From NCBI GenBank assembly GCA_963733295.1, contig CAVTCS010000003.1, positions 1,984,001-2,048,000 of the forward strand: a stretch of DNA of 64,000 nt, given 5' to 3'. The translations under genes were made by a program, and so were the position numbers. Numbering within the stretch: position 1 is the first letter of the stretch; every line of letters begins with the position of its first letter. This document shows positions 20,116-31,251 of this stretch, in pieces. The notes beneath the pieces are model-generated. The model ran no database searches, was not told where the DNA came from, and saw nothing but the letters and a program-made list of their open reading frames with translations. The stretch is from Vulcanimicrobiota bacterium. GTDB lineage: Bacteria > Vulcanimicrobiota > Vulcanimicrobiia > Vulcanimicrobiales > Vulcanimicrobiaceae.

Positions 20116-20982
20116 CTAGCCGCGCTTGAGAGCGAGGACCAATGCCGACGGCGTCGCACCAAGTTTGCCGAACTCCCACAGGTCGATCGCTTCGACGGCG
20201 ACCTTCTTCTTGCGGAGCAACGGCAGGACCGTGCGAAAACGAATGTTGGCAAGAACGCGGCGCTTGCCGATGACCAGCACGCCCGCCCCGTAGTCCTCGC
20301 CGAGTGGAACCTCGATGCGCTCGAGCGCCGCAAAAGCCGAGGTACCGTCGACGAGTCCGGGCGAGTAGAGCACCGTCTCGCTGTCGATCGGTGAAACAAC
20401 CGAACACAAGCGTCGCGCTTCCTCGGAAAACGGAACTTCGACGACGCGCAGACCGGCGGAAAGTGCGTATGCGGCCATCTGCGCGCGCCCGTGCGCGTTG
20501 CCGCGAGGAATGCGCGCGATGCCGACGTCGCTGCGCCGGAAAGCCGGGACGCCGAGATACAGGACTTCGCCGAGCAACATCGCGTCTTCACCGTCGAAGA
20601 GTCCGGGCGCCTCGATCCGTCCGACGATCGGTACGTTCAGTCGCGCGAGCTCGGGTTCGATCGCCGCAACCTCGCCTCGCCGCGCCGGATCGCTCGGTCG
20701 CATCAGAAACGCGCCCGACGGGAAGACCAGTGCCGTGTCGGCGCACAGAGCGGCGAGCGGCAAACTTTCGGGCGCATCGAGAAAAGTGGTTGCGACCCCG
20801 CACGCCGCGAGGCGCGCCAGAAGAACACCCTGCTGCGCGAGGGCCCGGCTCGCGATCGGGCTCGGCTCGCCAAGAAGTGGCAGCTCGCGTTCGATCGCCT
20901 GGGAAGTGCGCACGACAACGGCAGCCTGCAACGTCCCGACGGCGTCGCGGATGAACGGCGCCTTGAACGTCGCCTGTGCCAT
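20116..20982 (-). CDS. Amidinotransferase/DDAH (pentein) fold protein, catalytic residues degenerate
   Basis: RPSDPARRGE, PGLFDGED, EFGKLG; ATG 20982. Confidence 0.7.
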   Translation of the reverse strand: MAQATFKAPFIRDAVGTLQAAVVVRTSQAIERELPLLGEPSPIASRALAQQGVLLARLAACGVATTFLDAPESLPLAALCADTALVFPSGAFLMRPSDPARRGEVAAIEPELARLNVPIVGRIEAPGLFDGEDAMLLGEVLYLGVPAFRRSDVGIARIPRGNAHGRAQMAAYALSAGLRVVEVPFSEEARRLCSVVSPIDSETVLYSPGLVDGTSAFAALERIEVPLGEDYGAGVLVIGKRRVLANIRFRTVLPLLRKKKVAVEAIDLWEFGKLGATPSALVLALKRG

Positions 20983-20987
20983 GCCCC

Positions 20988-23523
20988 CTATTTGGGCTCG
21001 AACGGCGCCGGGTCCGCCTTGGGCGAAAAGAAATCGCTGAGATCGGTCGCCAGCGCATCGCCAAGCGCAAGGGGCGGCAGCCCGAGGATCTCTTCTTCGG
21101 TCTTTAGGACGCCGGCCGTCGAGACGTGGCGCATGCCCAGAAAGTGCCGCTTTGCATAGGGCGAAACGACGATCGCATACGTGCGCTGCAGATCGACGTG
21201 ATCGCGACTCGCGGCGGAGTCGGCCGCAATGATGAAGATCGCCGTCGAACTCCACTGCGGAAGATGCGTGAGATACGCCACGATCGTCCCAAGCGCGCGG
21301 TCGCCGTCGGCGACCTGCTCGGTGAGCGACGGCAAGTCTTTACCCTGCACGCCCCGGTCGCCGGGCAGCGAAATGTACGTGAATTCGGGCATTTGGCCGG
21401 CCTGCACGAGCGTGTCGAAATCGCGCGTGAACTCGGTCGCCCGCACGGTGTCGCGAACGTGCGGATTGAAACTCGCGTATTGCAAGTCCACGTGACCCGC
21501 GAGCGCCAGCGGAGCCGGAGTATCGAAGGTGAAGCGGCCGCCGAGTCCGGCGCCCGCGGCGTCGGGCGTGTAGCCCGTGACCTGAACGAAGTCGCCATAG
21601 TCGCGAAAACTGCGGTCGTGAAGCGAGAGCCCGTTGAAGATGTACCCCGAACGCGGGTAGTCTTCGGGGTCCTGACAGCTCGCGAAAGGCGCGCTATCGG
21701 AACTGTCGAGCGCGCCGCGCTCGGTGAAGAGCGATGCGATGCCCGCAGCGGCAAATTGCGTGCCTGGGCCCGAGCCCGTGGCGCCGGCGTAGAAGTTACC
21801 GGCAAGTCCGAAGGTTGCAGCCAGGGCGTGAAGGTTCGGCGTGACGGTCCGGTCGTAGGCGACGAGACCGGGATCGCCCGGGCCGTACGGAGCGCCCGTC
21901 GCGTCGGTGAGGTCGCCGAGCATCGCGTCGTAGGTCTTGCCCGATTCGACGATGACGACGACGTGCCGGATCAGTCGCGAACGCATCGTGCCCATTAGCG
22001 GAACGACTTTGTCGTGGCGAGCGGGACGAACCGCTCGCTGATACGCGAGCGCGTGCGCGGTCGACACGTGCAAATTGACGTTGCCGAGATCGATGCGCTC
22101 CAGCGTCGACCAGAGCGCGCTGCCGTCGGCCGCGACTTCGAGGACGTTCCCGCGCGGGTCCAGAGCGGTCGGACGTTCGCCCATGAAGCCACGATCCTGG
22201 CCGATTCCCTTTGCGTTGACGACGAAGAGCGTCCGTCCGTCGCGCGAGAGCGCGAGCGCTGCCGGATACCAACCCGTCGGAATGAGGCCAAGCCGGTGCA
22301 AGCGTTTCGGATCGCTGGTGTCGAGCACCGCGATCGCGTTGATTCCGGCCAGCGCTACGTACAGACGCTTCTCGTCTTTGCTCAAAACGAGGGCGCTCGG
22401 CTGAGTTCCGTAGGGCCCGCGATCGAAGAGCCGCAGCTCGGTTCCGCCCACGACGATGGGTGTGCCGCCGAGCAGCGAGATTGTTGCAACGCGATCGACG
22501 TTGCTCATCGCGACGAAGGCGTACGGCTTCGTGCGCATCGCAACGAGCGCAGCGGGTTGCGCGCCTCCCGTGATTCGCAACCCGTCCGGGCGCCGATCGA
22601 GCGGCAGCGCCAACTGCGGCGGCACGAAGCCGCCGCTCGCGTCGAGCGCGATGAACGAGAGCGACGAAGCGCGCTGCAGATCTTCCGGCACGGTCGCGAA
22701 CGGCGGAGCGGCGGCCGCTTCGGGCAAGCCGCGAGTAGCCGCCCAAGCCTTCGTTGGCGACGATCAATTGCGAGCGCGAGACGACCGCGCCGAACGGGAA
22801 GAAACCTACCTGGACGGCGGTTCCGCTCGTCGCGCGCGTGGCGGGATCGATCGCGAAGACCTCGCCGCCGAGCTCGTCGACCACGTAGGCGCGCGATCCA
22901 TCCGGCGCGAGTGCGATCGTGCTCGGAAACGCGTGGCCCGCGCTCGTGGAGCGGGCGTCCGGCGCGGGCACCGCAATGCGGTGACGCGTGTCGCGCGTGA
23001 TGTGCCCCATCGCGTCGAGGTCGAAAGCGTAGACGACGTTGTGCCGGCCGCCCGACGCCAGTACCAGCGTGTTTTGTGGATTGACGGGATCGCGTAGCGC
23101 GACAATGCCCGCGAAGAAACCTTCATCGTCCGCACGGTACCGGTCGACGATCTCGAGCGACGCGGTGTCGATCACCGCTAGCGACGACCCGCCCCGCGTA
23201 AGACCGTCGAGCGCACTTACGGTGTCGCTCTGACCTTCCGCACCGTTGGAAACGATCGCGAAGCGGTCGTCGGGTGTCAGCGCGACGCCGAGCGCGCCCA
23301 TGCCGGTAACGACGCTTTTCCCCGCGGGCGAAACGAGCCGTCCCGAAGGCAAGATGCGCGAATATGGTTCGAGCGTATCGACCTCGCCCGCGGGCCGTAG
23401 CCCGGCGGGGGACTCGAAGGTGACGGCTGGCGCGGACGAACTTTGGCCGAGAGCGACCGGCGGCGTCAGGACAAAGGCGAAGAACGCCGCCGGGACGGCC
23501 AACCGGCGCAGAGCTACGAGCAT
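20988..23523 (-). CDS. Secreted YncE-like beta-propeller + alkaline-phosphatase-superfamily (phosphoesterase) fusion; one frameshift near 22730
   Basis: LPSGRLVSPAG, GLIPTGWYP, TYDAMLGD, VTPNLHALA, DHVD, VVSPYAKR. Confidence 0.75.
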
Positions 23524-23587
23524 TACTGGGGGCAATTACAACTCAGGCTGGTCGCGACCCCCGAGCCCAAGCAACCGGCGCGGCGGC

Positions 23588-24289
23588 TTAGCCCTCATCC
23601 AATCGGTAACCGATCCCTCGAACCGAGCTGATCCGCACCTCTGACCCGATCTCGCCGAGCTTCTTCCGCAACGAGCCCACGTGGACGTCCACGACGCGCG
23701 TGGCGACGCCCGACACGTCGTGCCAGACGCGCTCGAGAATCTGCGCCCGGGTGAGCAGGCGGCCCTCAGCGTCGATGAGATACTCGAGCAGGGCGAACTC
23801 GAGCTGGGTGAGGTCGGCACTCGCGCCGGCCGCGTGTTCGAGCGTTTGCCGCTCGCGGACGAGTACCATGTCACCGTACTGAACGCGCGGCGTGGAAAGA
23901 CGGTGCGCCCGGTCACGCCGCCGCAAGAACGCATTGACTCGCGACAGCAGTTCTTCGCTCGCGAAAGGCCGCATGAGCAGATCGTCGGCGCCGAGTTCGA
24001 GGCCGGTCGATTTGATGTCTTCAGCGCTATAGCCGCTCGTCAGCAGGATGTAGGCATCGCTCGTTTGCGCGATCGTCGCGCACAAGTCGAGCCCCCAAAT
24101 GTCCGGCAGCGCGAGTCCGAGCAGCACGACGTCGGGACGATACTCGTCGAGCAGCCGCAAGCCGTCGCGTCCGGTGAAGGCGATCCGCACGTCGTAGCCG
24201 GCGCGCTGAAGCTGCGACGCCTCGTCCTTGGCTTCGATCGAGTCGTCTTCGATGATCAGGATTCGCGCGCCATCCGCTTCGGCCGACAT
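23588..24289 (-). CDS. OmpR-family response regulator, atypical receiver
   Basis: ILIIEDD receiver + winged helix (RVVDVHVGSLRKKL, VRGIGY). Confidence 0.88.
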   Translation of the reverse strand: MSAEADGARILIIEDDSIEAKDEASQLQRAGYDVRIAFTGRDGLRLLDEYRPDVVLLGLALPDIWGLDLCATIAQTSDAYILLTSGYSAEDIKSTGLELGADDLLMRPFASEELLSRVNAFLRRRDRAHRLSTPRVQYGDMVLVRERQTLEHAAGASADLTQLEFALLEYLIDAEGRLLTRAQILERVWHDVSGVATRVVDVHVGSLRKKLGEIGSEVRISSVRGIGYRLDEG

Positions 24290-24298
24290 AGCCTCCCG

Positions 24299-25741
24299 TT
24301 AGACCGGCCTCGCGATCTCCTCGCTTTCGGTCACCATCAGTTGTCGGCGAGCGACACCCTCCTCAACAGCGGCTGCCGCGACGGCGCGCGCGACCGCGTC
24401 GACGACTCGCGTATCGAAGACCGACGGAACGACGTATTCCGGGCCACGCTCGGCGTCGGTGATGATCCCGGCGATGGCGCGCGCCGCGGCCAGCTTCATC
24501 CCGTCGGTGATGCGATTGGCGCGGCAATCGAGCGCTCCGCGGAAAATTCCCGGGAATGACAGCAAGTTGTTGACTTGATTCGGAAAATCGGAGCGCCCGG
24601 TTGCCATGACGGCGACGTACGGCGCCGCCACGTCGGGCATGATCTCGGGCGTCGGATTCGCCATCGCGAACACGATCGGGTCGCGCGCCATCCGCTTGAT
24701 GTCGTCCGGCCGAAGGGTGCCGGCCGCCGAGACGCCGATGAAGACGTCCGAACCGACGAGCACGTCCGAGAGCGCGCCGCGACGGTTCTCGCGATTGGTG
24801 TGCTCGGCGAGCCACGTCTTATGTGAGTTGTCGTAGTGATCGAGGCGGTTGAGCGCGCCCGCGCGGTCAACGGGTATGACGTCGCGCACACCCGAGGCAA
24901 GCAGCATTTTCATCGTGGCCGTCCCCGCCGCGCCGCTCCCCGCAACGACGACGGTGAGATCTTCCATGCGTTTCCCGACGACCGCCGCGGCGTTGATCAG
25001 CGCCGCGAGAATCACGACCGCCGTGCCGTGCTGGTCGTCGTGCATCACCGGAATCTCGAGCCGCTCTTGGAGGCGCCGCTCGATCTCAAAACAACGCGGG
25101 GCGCTGATGTCTTCGAGGTTGATTCCGCCGAAGATCGGCGCGATGCGCACGACCGTTTCGACGATCTCGTCGACGTCCTTCGTATCCAGGCAGATCGGGA
25201 AGGCATCGATGCCCCCGAACTGCTTGAAGAGCATGCACTTGCCTTCCATCACCGGCGCCGCGCCGAGCGGTCCGATGTCGCCGAGGCCCAAGACTGCGGT
25301 ACCGTCGGTCACGACCGCGACGGTGTTGCGCTTGATCGTCAATTGAAATGCCTTCGACGGGTCGGCGGCGATCGCCATCGAGACGCGCGCCACGCCCGGC
25401 GTATAGACTTTCGAAAGGTCGTCGCGCGTTTTGACCGGGATCTTCGGCTCCACCGAGATCTTGCCGCCCAAATGCGCGAGGAAGGTCGAATCGGAGAGGC
25501 TGACGACCCGCACGCCTTCGAGACGCTCGACGGCTTTGCGCACCGCCAGGGCGACCGAATCCGAGGCAACGGTTATCGTGACGTCGCGCGTGACGTGATG
25601 CTTTCCGACCGAGCGCATGTCGACGGCACCGATGATGCCGCCGGCGTCGCCGATCGCCGAAGCAACCGAACCGAAGGCGCCGGGATGCGACGGCATCTCC
25701 AGCCGCGCGATGATCGTGTATCCAATTGCAGGTGAAGCCAT
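24299..25741 (-). CDS. NAD-dependent malic enzyme with N-terminal ACT domain
   Basis: YTPGVA, TDGTAVLGLGDIG, NLEDISAP, HDDQHGTA, NQVNNLLSFPG. Confidence 0.92.
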   Translation of the reverse strand: MASPAIGYTIIARLEMPSHPGAFGSVASAIGDAGGIIGAVDMRSVGKHHVTRDVTITVASDSVALAVRKAVERLEGVRVVSLSDSTFLAHLGGKISVEPKIPVKTRDDLSKVYTPGVARVSMAIAADPSKAFQLTIKRNTVAVVTDGTAVLGLGDIGPLGAAPVMEGKCMLFKQFGGIDAFPICLDTKDVDEIVETVVRIAPIFGGINLEDISAPRCFEIERRLQERLEIPVMHDDQHGTAVVILAALINAAAVVGKRMEDLTVVVAGSGAAGTATMKMLLASGVRDVIPVDRAGALNRLDHYDNSHKTWLAEHTNRENRRGALSDVLVGSDVFIGVSAAGTLRPDDIKRMARDPIVFAMANPTPEIMPDVAAPYVAVMATGRSDFPNQVNNLLSFPGIFRGALDCRANRITDGMKLAAARAIAGIITDAERGPEYVVPSVFDTRVVDAVARAVAAAAVEEGVARRQLMVTESEEIARPV

Positions 25742-25883
25742 GCTCGGGCCTTTCTTCGAAGGGCGGACAGCCCCTCGGCGCCCGGGTTGCCCTCGACCGT
25801 CGTTTCCGCTCCGCGAAATGAAAGGGGCAACGATCGCGCATCACGCTCGCGATCGTTGCCCCGAACCCGCTTCTCGACGGATG

Positions 25884-26873
25884 TTACTTTTGCGTATCGT
25901 GCTCCGGCGGAGCTTTTTGCGGCGGCTTACTCTGCGGATGCGACTGCGGCGGGTGCTGCGCGTATGCGGGTTGCGACCCGTGCTGCGCGTATGCCGGTTG
26001 CGCCGGATGCTGCGCGTTGGTCGACTGCGGATGGAGCGACTGTCCGCCGTATGCGCTGGTGCTGTGTGGCTGCGAGATCACGTGCTCTGACGCGGCTTGC
26101 CGGTCTTCCGTGCTGAGCGGAGTGTAACCCGCCGGCCGGTTTTCCTTGCTCAAGGGTTGGGTGAAGGCGGCACGTTCGGGCGAGAGTTGGCCGTGATTCA
26201 CCGAGGAGAGCATGTTGCGATCGTGCGACGCGACCGAGATGTGCTGCTTCTGTTCGGCCGTCGGCGGCAAGTGTTCTTCTTGCATCGCGGAGCGCTCGGC
26301 CTCGGTCGGTTGTGCGGCGATGCCGCCCGGGCCACCGTTGTAGCTCACCCGGTTGACCGTATTGTAGTTGTTCACCACGACCGTGTTGTTGACGTAGGTG
26401 TTGTGGACGTACGTCGCGTTGACGTTCGTGACCGCGGTGTTGTAGCGGAAAACGCCGCCTGCCCAGCCGCCGCCGACGTAACCCACGCCGAAGTATCCGG
26501 CGCCGTAGTTCACGCCACCGTAGAAGCCGACGTGCGTGCCCCAGTAACCAGGATGCCACGCGTAGTAGCTGCCGCTGTAGCCCCAATAGCCGGGTGTCCA
26601 GAGATAACCGGGATAAGGCGCCGCGACCCACGTGCCGGGAACCCAGAAGTATCCGGCCTGGCCCCAGGCCCAGTATCCGGGACACCAGATAAGGTTCGGA
26701 GCGGGCGCGGGCGGCTGCACGTAGACGGGCAGCACGGGTGGACCGATGTTCACCGCAAGACCGATGCCGATCGAGACTTGCGCGGAAGCCGGCGCCGGAG
26801 CGGCGAGTGCCGGCACTGCGAACAGCAGCATTCCGGCAACACTTATTTTAACGAATTGAGAAAGCCGTGACAT
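25884..26873 (-). CDS. Secreted WXXGXW-repeat protein with Gln/His/Pro-rich tail
   Basis: WCPGYW, WVPGTW, WTPGYW, WHPGYW; GFYGGVNYG. Confidence 0.85.
   Translation of the reverse strand: MSRLSQFVKISVAGMLLFAVPALAAPAPASAQVSIGIGLAVNIGPPVLPVYVQPPAPAPNLIWCPGYWAWGQAGYFWVPGTWVAAPYPGYLWTPGYWGYSGSYYAWHPGYWGTHVGFYGGVNYGAGYFGVGYVGGGWAGGVFRYNTAVTNVNATYVHNTYVNNTVVVNNYNTVNRVSYNGGPGGIAAQPTEAERSAMQEEHLPPTAEQKQHISVASHDRNMLSSVNHGQLSPERAAFTQPLSKENRPAGYTPLSTEDRQAASEHVISQPHSTSAYGGQSLHPQSTNAQHPAQPAYAQHGSQPAYAQHPPQSHPQSKPPQKAPPEHDTQK
25953..26017. repeat. 27-bp in-frame tandem repeat (about 2.4 copies) encoding QPAYAQH
   Basis: gtgctgcgcgtatgcgggttgcgaccc / gtgctgcgcgtatgccggttgcgccgg / atgctgcgcgt. Confidence 0.8.
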
Positions 26874-26971
26874 GGTGAATCGTTTCTCCCAAGCGGGTAG
26901 TACGTCAATACTGTACCCGCACGCAGAGCGACTCGCTAGTCGAAGCCGCAGAATCTCATACGGCTCTCACA

Positions 26972-28494
26972 TTAAAAATCGGCGAGTCGATCGAGCGCTT
27001 TGTCTTCATCATCTGTGATCGCGCTCGCTTGATAGCGCGGATCGTTGACGATGAACGCGAACGCGACGCGTCCGTGATGGTGCGTCAGCACCGTGCCGAC
27101 GAGCCCGTTGACGCCTTCGATGTGACCGCTCTTCGCACGCGCGCGTCCAAGCGAGTCGCTCAAATTGTGATGCACGACGGTTCCCTCGAGTCCGACGCGC
27201 GGAAGTCCGCGCAGAAAATCACCGCCGGCCGGAGCCGCCAGTTCGGCCGCGACGAGCTTGGCCAATTCGATCGGTTCGACCCGATCGTCCGGCGAAAACC
27301 GCTCCCGTCGTACACCGTCATCCCCGCGCGCGAGACGCCCAGCCGCGCGAGTTCGCGGCGCTCCGCCGAGATGCCGTTCGCATCGGTTCCCGGCTTTCCG
27401 TAGCGTTGCGCGAGCGTGCGTAAGAGTTGTTCGGCGCTATGGTTGTTCGAATTCGTCAACATCTCGGCGACGATTGCGGACAGCGGTTGCGAGCGGTGCG
27501 TCCATAGCGGTTGCGCGGCAAGCGGCGCCGGACCGGTTTCGAGTTGGCCGTCGGAAGCGATGCCGCGCTCGGCGAGCATCAACTTGAGCGAGCCGAGGAC
27601 GTACTCTCGCACGTTGGTGACGGGCTTCCAAAACTTTTGGGTCTCACCCGCGGCGATGTGACCGTCGAGGTGAAAGTCGTTGGATTGCGGAGTGGGCGCG
27701 GAGACCGGATCCGCTGCGACCCGCTCGATCGACACGAACGAGTCGCTCGAAGCGGAAACGGTCGCGATAGAACCGTCGAGACGAACCAGATCGTTGGGCG
27801 GCTCGATCGTCACGAGCGCCGGCTCGCCCGCCGCGCCCGGGGCGACGTGAAACTCGATGGTATTTCCGTCGAGCGAGAAGGCGCTCGTGGGAGCCGCGTA
27901 GGCCTCGTCGAGATCGTCGCTCTCCCAGTGTGGATTGACGGCAGGTCCTGAAAACGCGGTTTCGTCCAGGATAATCGGACCGCCGATTCGTGTGACGCCG
28001 GCTCGAACCAACGCTCCGACGCCCGCACGCAAATCGTTCGAAGCGAGCAGCGGATCGCCGCCGCCGACGAGCCACAACGGCCCATGGATCTCGCCCCGCT
28101 CGTCGGGCGGCGCGAGCGCGACGAAACGCGTCACGAAACGATGCTGCGGCCCATAGGCGTTGAGCGCGCTGGCCGCGACGATCAGTTTGAGCGTCGAAGC
28201 CGGCGCGAGCGGCACACCGGCGCGATGCGCGAAGAGCGTCGTCCCGTCGGCGCCGACGACCGCCAGACCCGCACCGTCCTGCAGCACGTCCGCATCGAGT
28301 GTCGCGCCCAGCGCTTGCGTCAAAGCGGCGCGCTGGTTCGGCGTCCAAGGCGGAGGCGAAGCCGAGGCAGTCGGCGCCGGCGTCGGTTGCGGCGTCGCTG
28401 CCGTCGCCGCGCTCTTCTGCGGCGGCGAAGAACAGCCCGTGACGGCGAACGCGAAGATCAGAACGAGCCCGCGCACCGCGCGCGACGCGCTCAA
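26972..28494 (-). CDS. dacB: D-Ala-D-Ala carboxypeptidase/endopeptidase PBP4 (S13), lipoprotein; frameshift near 27293
   Basis: PASTLK (SxxK), SNN (SxN), DGSG, AKSG in downstream frame. Confidence 0.85.
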
Positions 28495-29054
28495 ATGCCG
28501 GCACCCTCGGCGAAGCTCTCGTCGCTGCTGCCGCCGCCGCGCAATCCCAGCCCGAGCGTCTCGAGCAGAGCGATCCATTCGGCGTCGGCGACCTGGTCGC
28601 GCAAACGCCGCGACGGACGCACCGCGCGCAGACAGTCTTCGCGCAGGATCGTCAGCCCGAAGCGTCGCGCGCGGCGCATCCGTTCGAACTCGGGGGGCCC
28701 GTACTCGATCAAGCCGACGTCACGCGCGAGCTCCCAGCGCTGGATCGCGCCGGCCGGCGCCACGAACGCGAAGTGCGTGCAGTAGTCCAGGTAGCGTTCC
28801 CACTTGGAATCGCTCAGAAAGTCGCCGCGCGACGACTTCACTTCGTAGATGCGGACTTGGCGCGTATGGCGTGCGATGCCGACGACGTCGAAGCGAACGC
28901 CCGAATTCGCCGGAGCGAACTCGTTGCCGACGTAGGCATATCCGAGTGCGCGCATGCGATCGGTGGCGAGCCGCAACAACTCGGCGCCGGCAAGCGCGCG
29001 GCCGGCAGCGGGCGTGAGCGGGATGTAATCGATCGAATGCCCGAGCGCGCTCAT
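28491..29054 (-). CDS. mmcB: MmcB-family PD-(D/E)XK DNA repair nuclease
   Basis: RFDVVG..IYEVKSSRGDFLSDSKWERYLDYC. Confidence 0.8.
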   Translation of the reverse strand: MSALGHSIDYIPLTPAAGRALAGAELLRLATDRMRALGYAYVGNEFAPANSGVRFDVVGIARHTRQVRIYEVKSSRGDFLSDSKWERYLDYCTHFAFVAPAGAIQRWELARDVGLIEYGPPEFERMRRARRFGLTILREDCLRAVRPSRRLRDQVADAEWIALLETLGLGLRGGGSSDESFAEGAGI

Positions 29055-30502
29055 TCGCGCTCCCAGCGGAGAATGGCGAGCGCGTCGGGCACGGGCGCGT
29101 CGCACCACGTGAAATAGTACTCGCGCGGCGGCAAATCCACGAACGAGTACGCATGACTCCCGCCGTCGCTGACATGTGCGCACGCGCGCTCGAGGTGCGC
29201 GCGGATGTCCGGCCGCGACGAAAGCGGCTCCTTGTCGACGAACAACGCGCGCGCCGGACGCATGGAATCGGGATACCACGCCCGCGCCTCCCGGCCTTGC
29301 CAATCGTAACCGATCACGACGGGGGCCACACCTGCGTCGAAGTCGATTACCGAGGAGAAGCCGTAGCCGTCGGTCATCACGATCGCGTCCCTGCTCGCGG
29401 CCCAGCGCTTGGCGTCATCCGCGACGGCCGCGTAGCTCATGATCTCGAACGGGCCACTGTTGCGCAAGTGGATCCCGGCAAGTTCGGCGAGCGTGTAGAG
29501 CTGCGCCGGCCTGATCGTGGCGGCGAAGAGCAAGGCGAGCAAGAGACACGCCGGCACGGCCGTCACCACCGCCCAGATCCGCGCACTGCGAGGTGCGAGC
29601 CGCACGTAGGCGAGTCCCAGCATCACGCACAGCGAGGCGAAGAATCCGAAGATCCAATACGTCTCGACCCGCTCGAACAGCGAGAGCGCCATCACGAGCG
29701 CGAACTGCGGCAAGGCCGTCCAGGCCAGAAACGCGTTCCTCGGCCGCAGCGCGCAGACGAGCACCGCGAGCCAAATCCCAGGCGTGTAAGCGATCGCTTG
29801 TGCCGCCAATATCGCGGGCAGGGTGAACTGCCTGCGCTCTTCGTGACGGTGCAAGAGTGCGAAAGTCCACGTGATCCAGCCGTGCTGCGCGTTCCAAACG
29901 AGCCACGGCAGACAGACGAGCACGCACGCGCCGAGCGCGAAAGGCATGCCGCGCTTCCAGACTGCGCGCTGCTGCGGCGCGAGCGAGTACGCGACGACGC
30001 CGAAGATGAGCGCCACACCGAGTACGCGCGACAAAAGCACGCCGCCCAGCGCGAATCCCAGCAGCAGCCAAAAGATCAATTCGTCGCGGCCGAAGGCGCG
30101 CGCTCCGAACCACAGCGCGAGCGACCAAAACATCAGATACGGCCCGTCGGGCGTGGCAGTCCCGAAAGCGAGCGACGCGAGCGGCGTTAGCGTCATGGCG
30201 AGCGCCGCGACCCCGCCCGCGCGGCGATCCCCCGAGATTTCGATCGCGCAGGCCGCGAGCGCCAGCGCCGTGACGACGCCGCAGAGTACGAACCCGAGAC
30301 GAACGACGCCCGGAGCGTGTCCGAGCGGAGCGAAGGCCGCGATCGTCCAGGCGACTGCGGGCGGGTGATCGACATATCCGAAAGCGAGCCGGCGGCTCCA
30401 CTCCCAGTAGTACGCTTCGTCCCCGGTCATCGGCAGCGCGAACGCGGCGATCGCGCGCAACACGAAGATCAGCGCGATCGCGCACCACACGCCGCGGATC
30501 AC
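29051..30502 (-). CDS. ArnT/PMT-like (GT39-type) membrane glycosyltransferase
   Basis: GDEAYYWEWS...GYVDHPP, TPDGP, multiple TM helices. Confidence 0.85.
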   Translation of the reverse strand: MIRGVWCAIALIFVLRAIAAFALPMTGDEAYYWEWSRRLAFGYVDHPPAVAWTIAAFAPLGHAPGVVRLGFVLCGVVTALALAACAIEISGDRRAGGVAALAMTLTPLASLAFGTATPDGPYLMFWSLALWFGARAFGRDELIFWLLLGFALGGVLLSRVLGVALIFGVVAYSLAPQQRAVWKRGMPFALGACVLVCLPWLVWNAQHGWITWTFALLHRHEERRQFTLPAILAAQAIAYTPGIWLAVLVCALRPRNAFLAWTALPQFALVMALSLFERVETYWIFGFFASLCVMLGLAYVRLAPRSARIWAVVTAVPACLLLALLFAATIRPAQLYTLAELAGIHLRNSGPFEIMSYAAVADDAKRWAASRDAIVMTDGYGFSSVIDFDAGVAPVVIGYDWQGREARAWYPDSMRPARALFVDKEPLSSRPDIRAHLERACAHVSDGGSHAYSFVDLPPREYYFTWCDAPVPDALAILRWERE

Positions 30503-31251
30503 TCGTGCGGTTCCACCGAACCTCCGCTGACGCGCAGCACCACGCCGTTCAGAAACTCGGCCTCGCCGGCGACGAGGATCCGCACGGCGTAAGCGACGTC
30601 TTCCCACGAGCCCGCGTGTCCCGTGGGATTATTGGCGGGCACGGCCGCCGCCGCGTTCCGATCTTCCGTCTTGTCGCGAATGTCACCAGGCTGGACCACG
30701 TTGACCGTGATACCGTTCGCCGCCTCTTCGAGCGCAAGGGTACGCGCGAACGCGACGACGCCGGCCTTCGCAGCCGCGTAGAGACTCATCTTGTACGAAG
30801 GGTTCGTGACCTCCGAACCGTTCATACCAAAGAAGATCAAGCGCCCGAAACGGCGGGCGCGCATTCCCGGCAGCACCGCGAACGCCGCCTCGACCGCACT
30901 CGTAAGGTTTCCGTCGACCATGCTGTGGTAGTCGTCGAGCGTCGATTCCGCAAAACGCTTGACGACGATCGGTCCGACCGCGTGGACGAGAATGTCGAGC
31001 CGCCCGAGTTTGGCTTCGGCTTCGTGCACGCTGCGCTCGGTCTCGCCGGGTTTTTCGTGATCCGCCGCGATCGCGAACGGCTCGCCGCCGCCGGCTGCGC
31101 GCAGCTCGGCCAGCGTCGCGTCCGGCGGCGTTCCGCCCGGCCGGTACGTGATCGCGATGCGGTCGCCCCGCTCCGCGAGTACGCGCGCAATGCCTCTTGC
31201 TAAACCGCGCGCCGCCGCCGTTACGAGGACGGCGCGTTGTGGCTCGCTCAG
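30499..31251 (-). CDS. SDR family oxidoreductase; frameshift near 31030
   Basis: AVLVTAAARGLARG N-terminus in upstream frame, GRLDILV, YAAAK, NVVQPG. Confidence 0.8.
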   Translation of the reverse strand: MSEPQRAVLVTAAARGLARGIARVLAERGDRIAITYRPGGTPPDATLAELRAAGGGEPFAIAADHEKPGETERSVHEAEAKLGRLDILVHAVGPIVVKRFAESTLDDYHSMVDGNLTSAVEAAFAVLPGMRARRFGRLIFFGMNGSEVTNPSYKMSLYAAAKAGVVAFARTLALEEAANGITVNVVQPGDIRDKTEDRNAAAAVPANNPTGHAGSWEDVAYAVRILVAGEAEFLNGVVLRVSGGSVEPHE

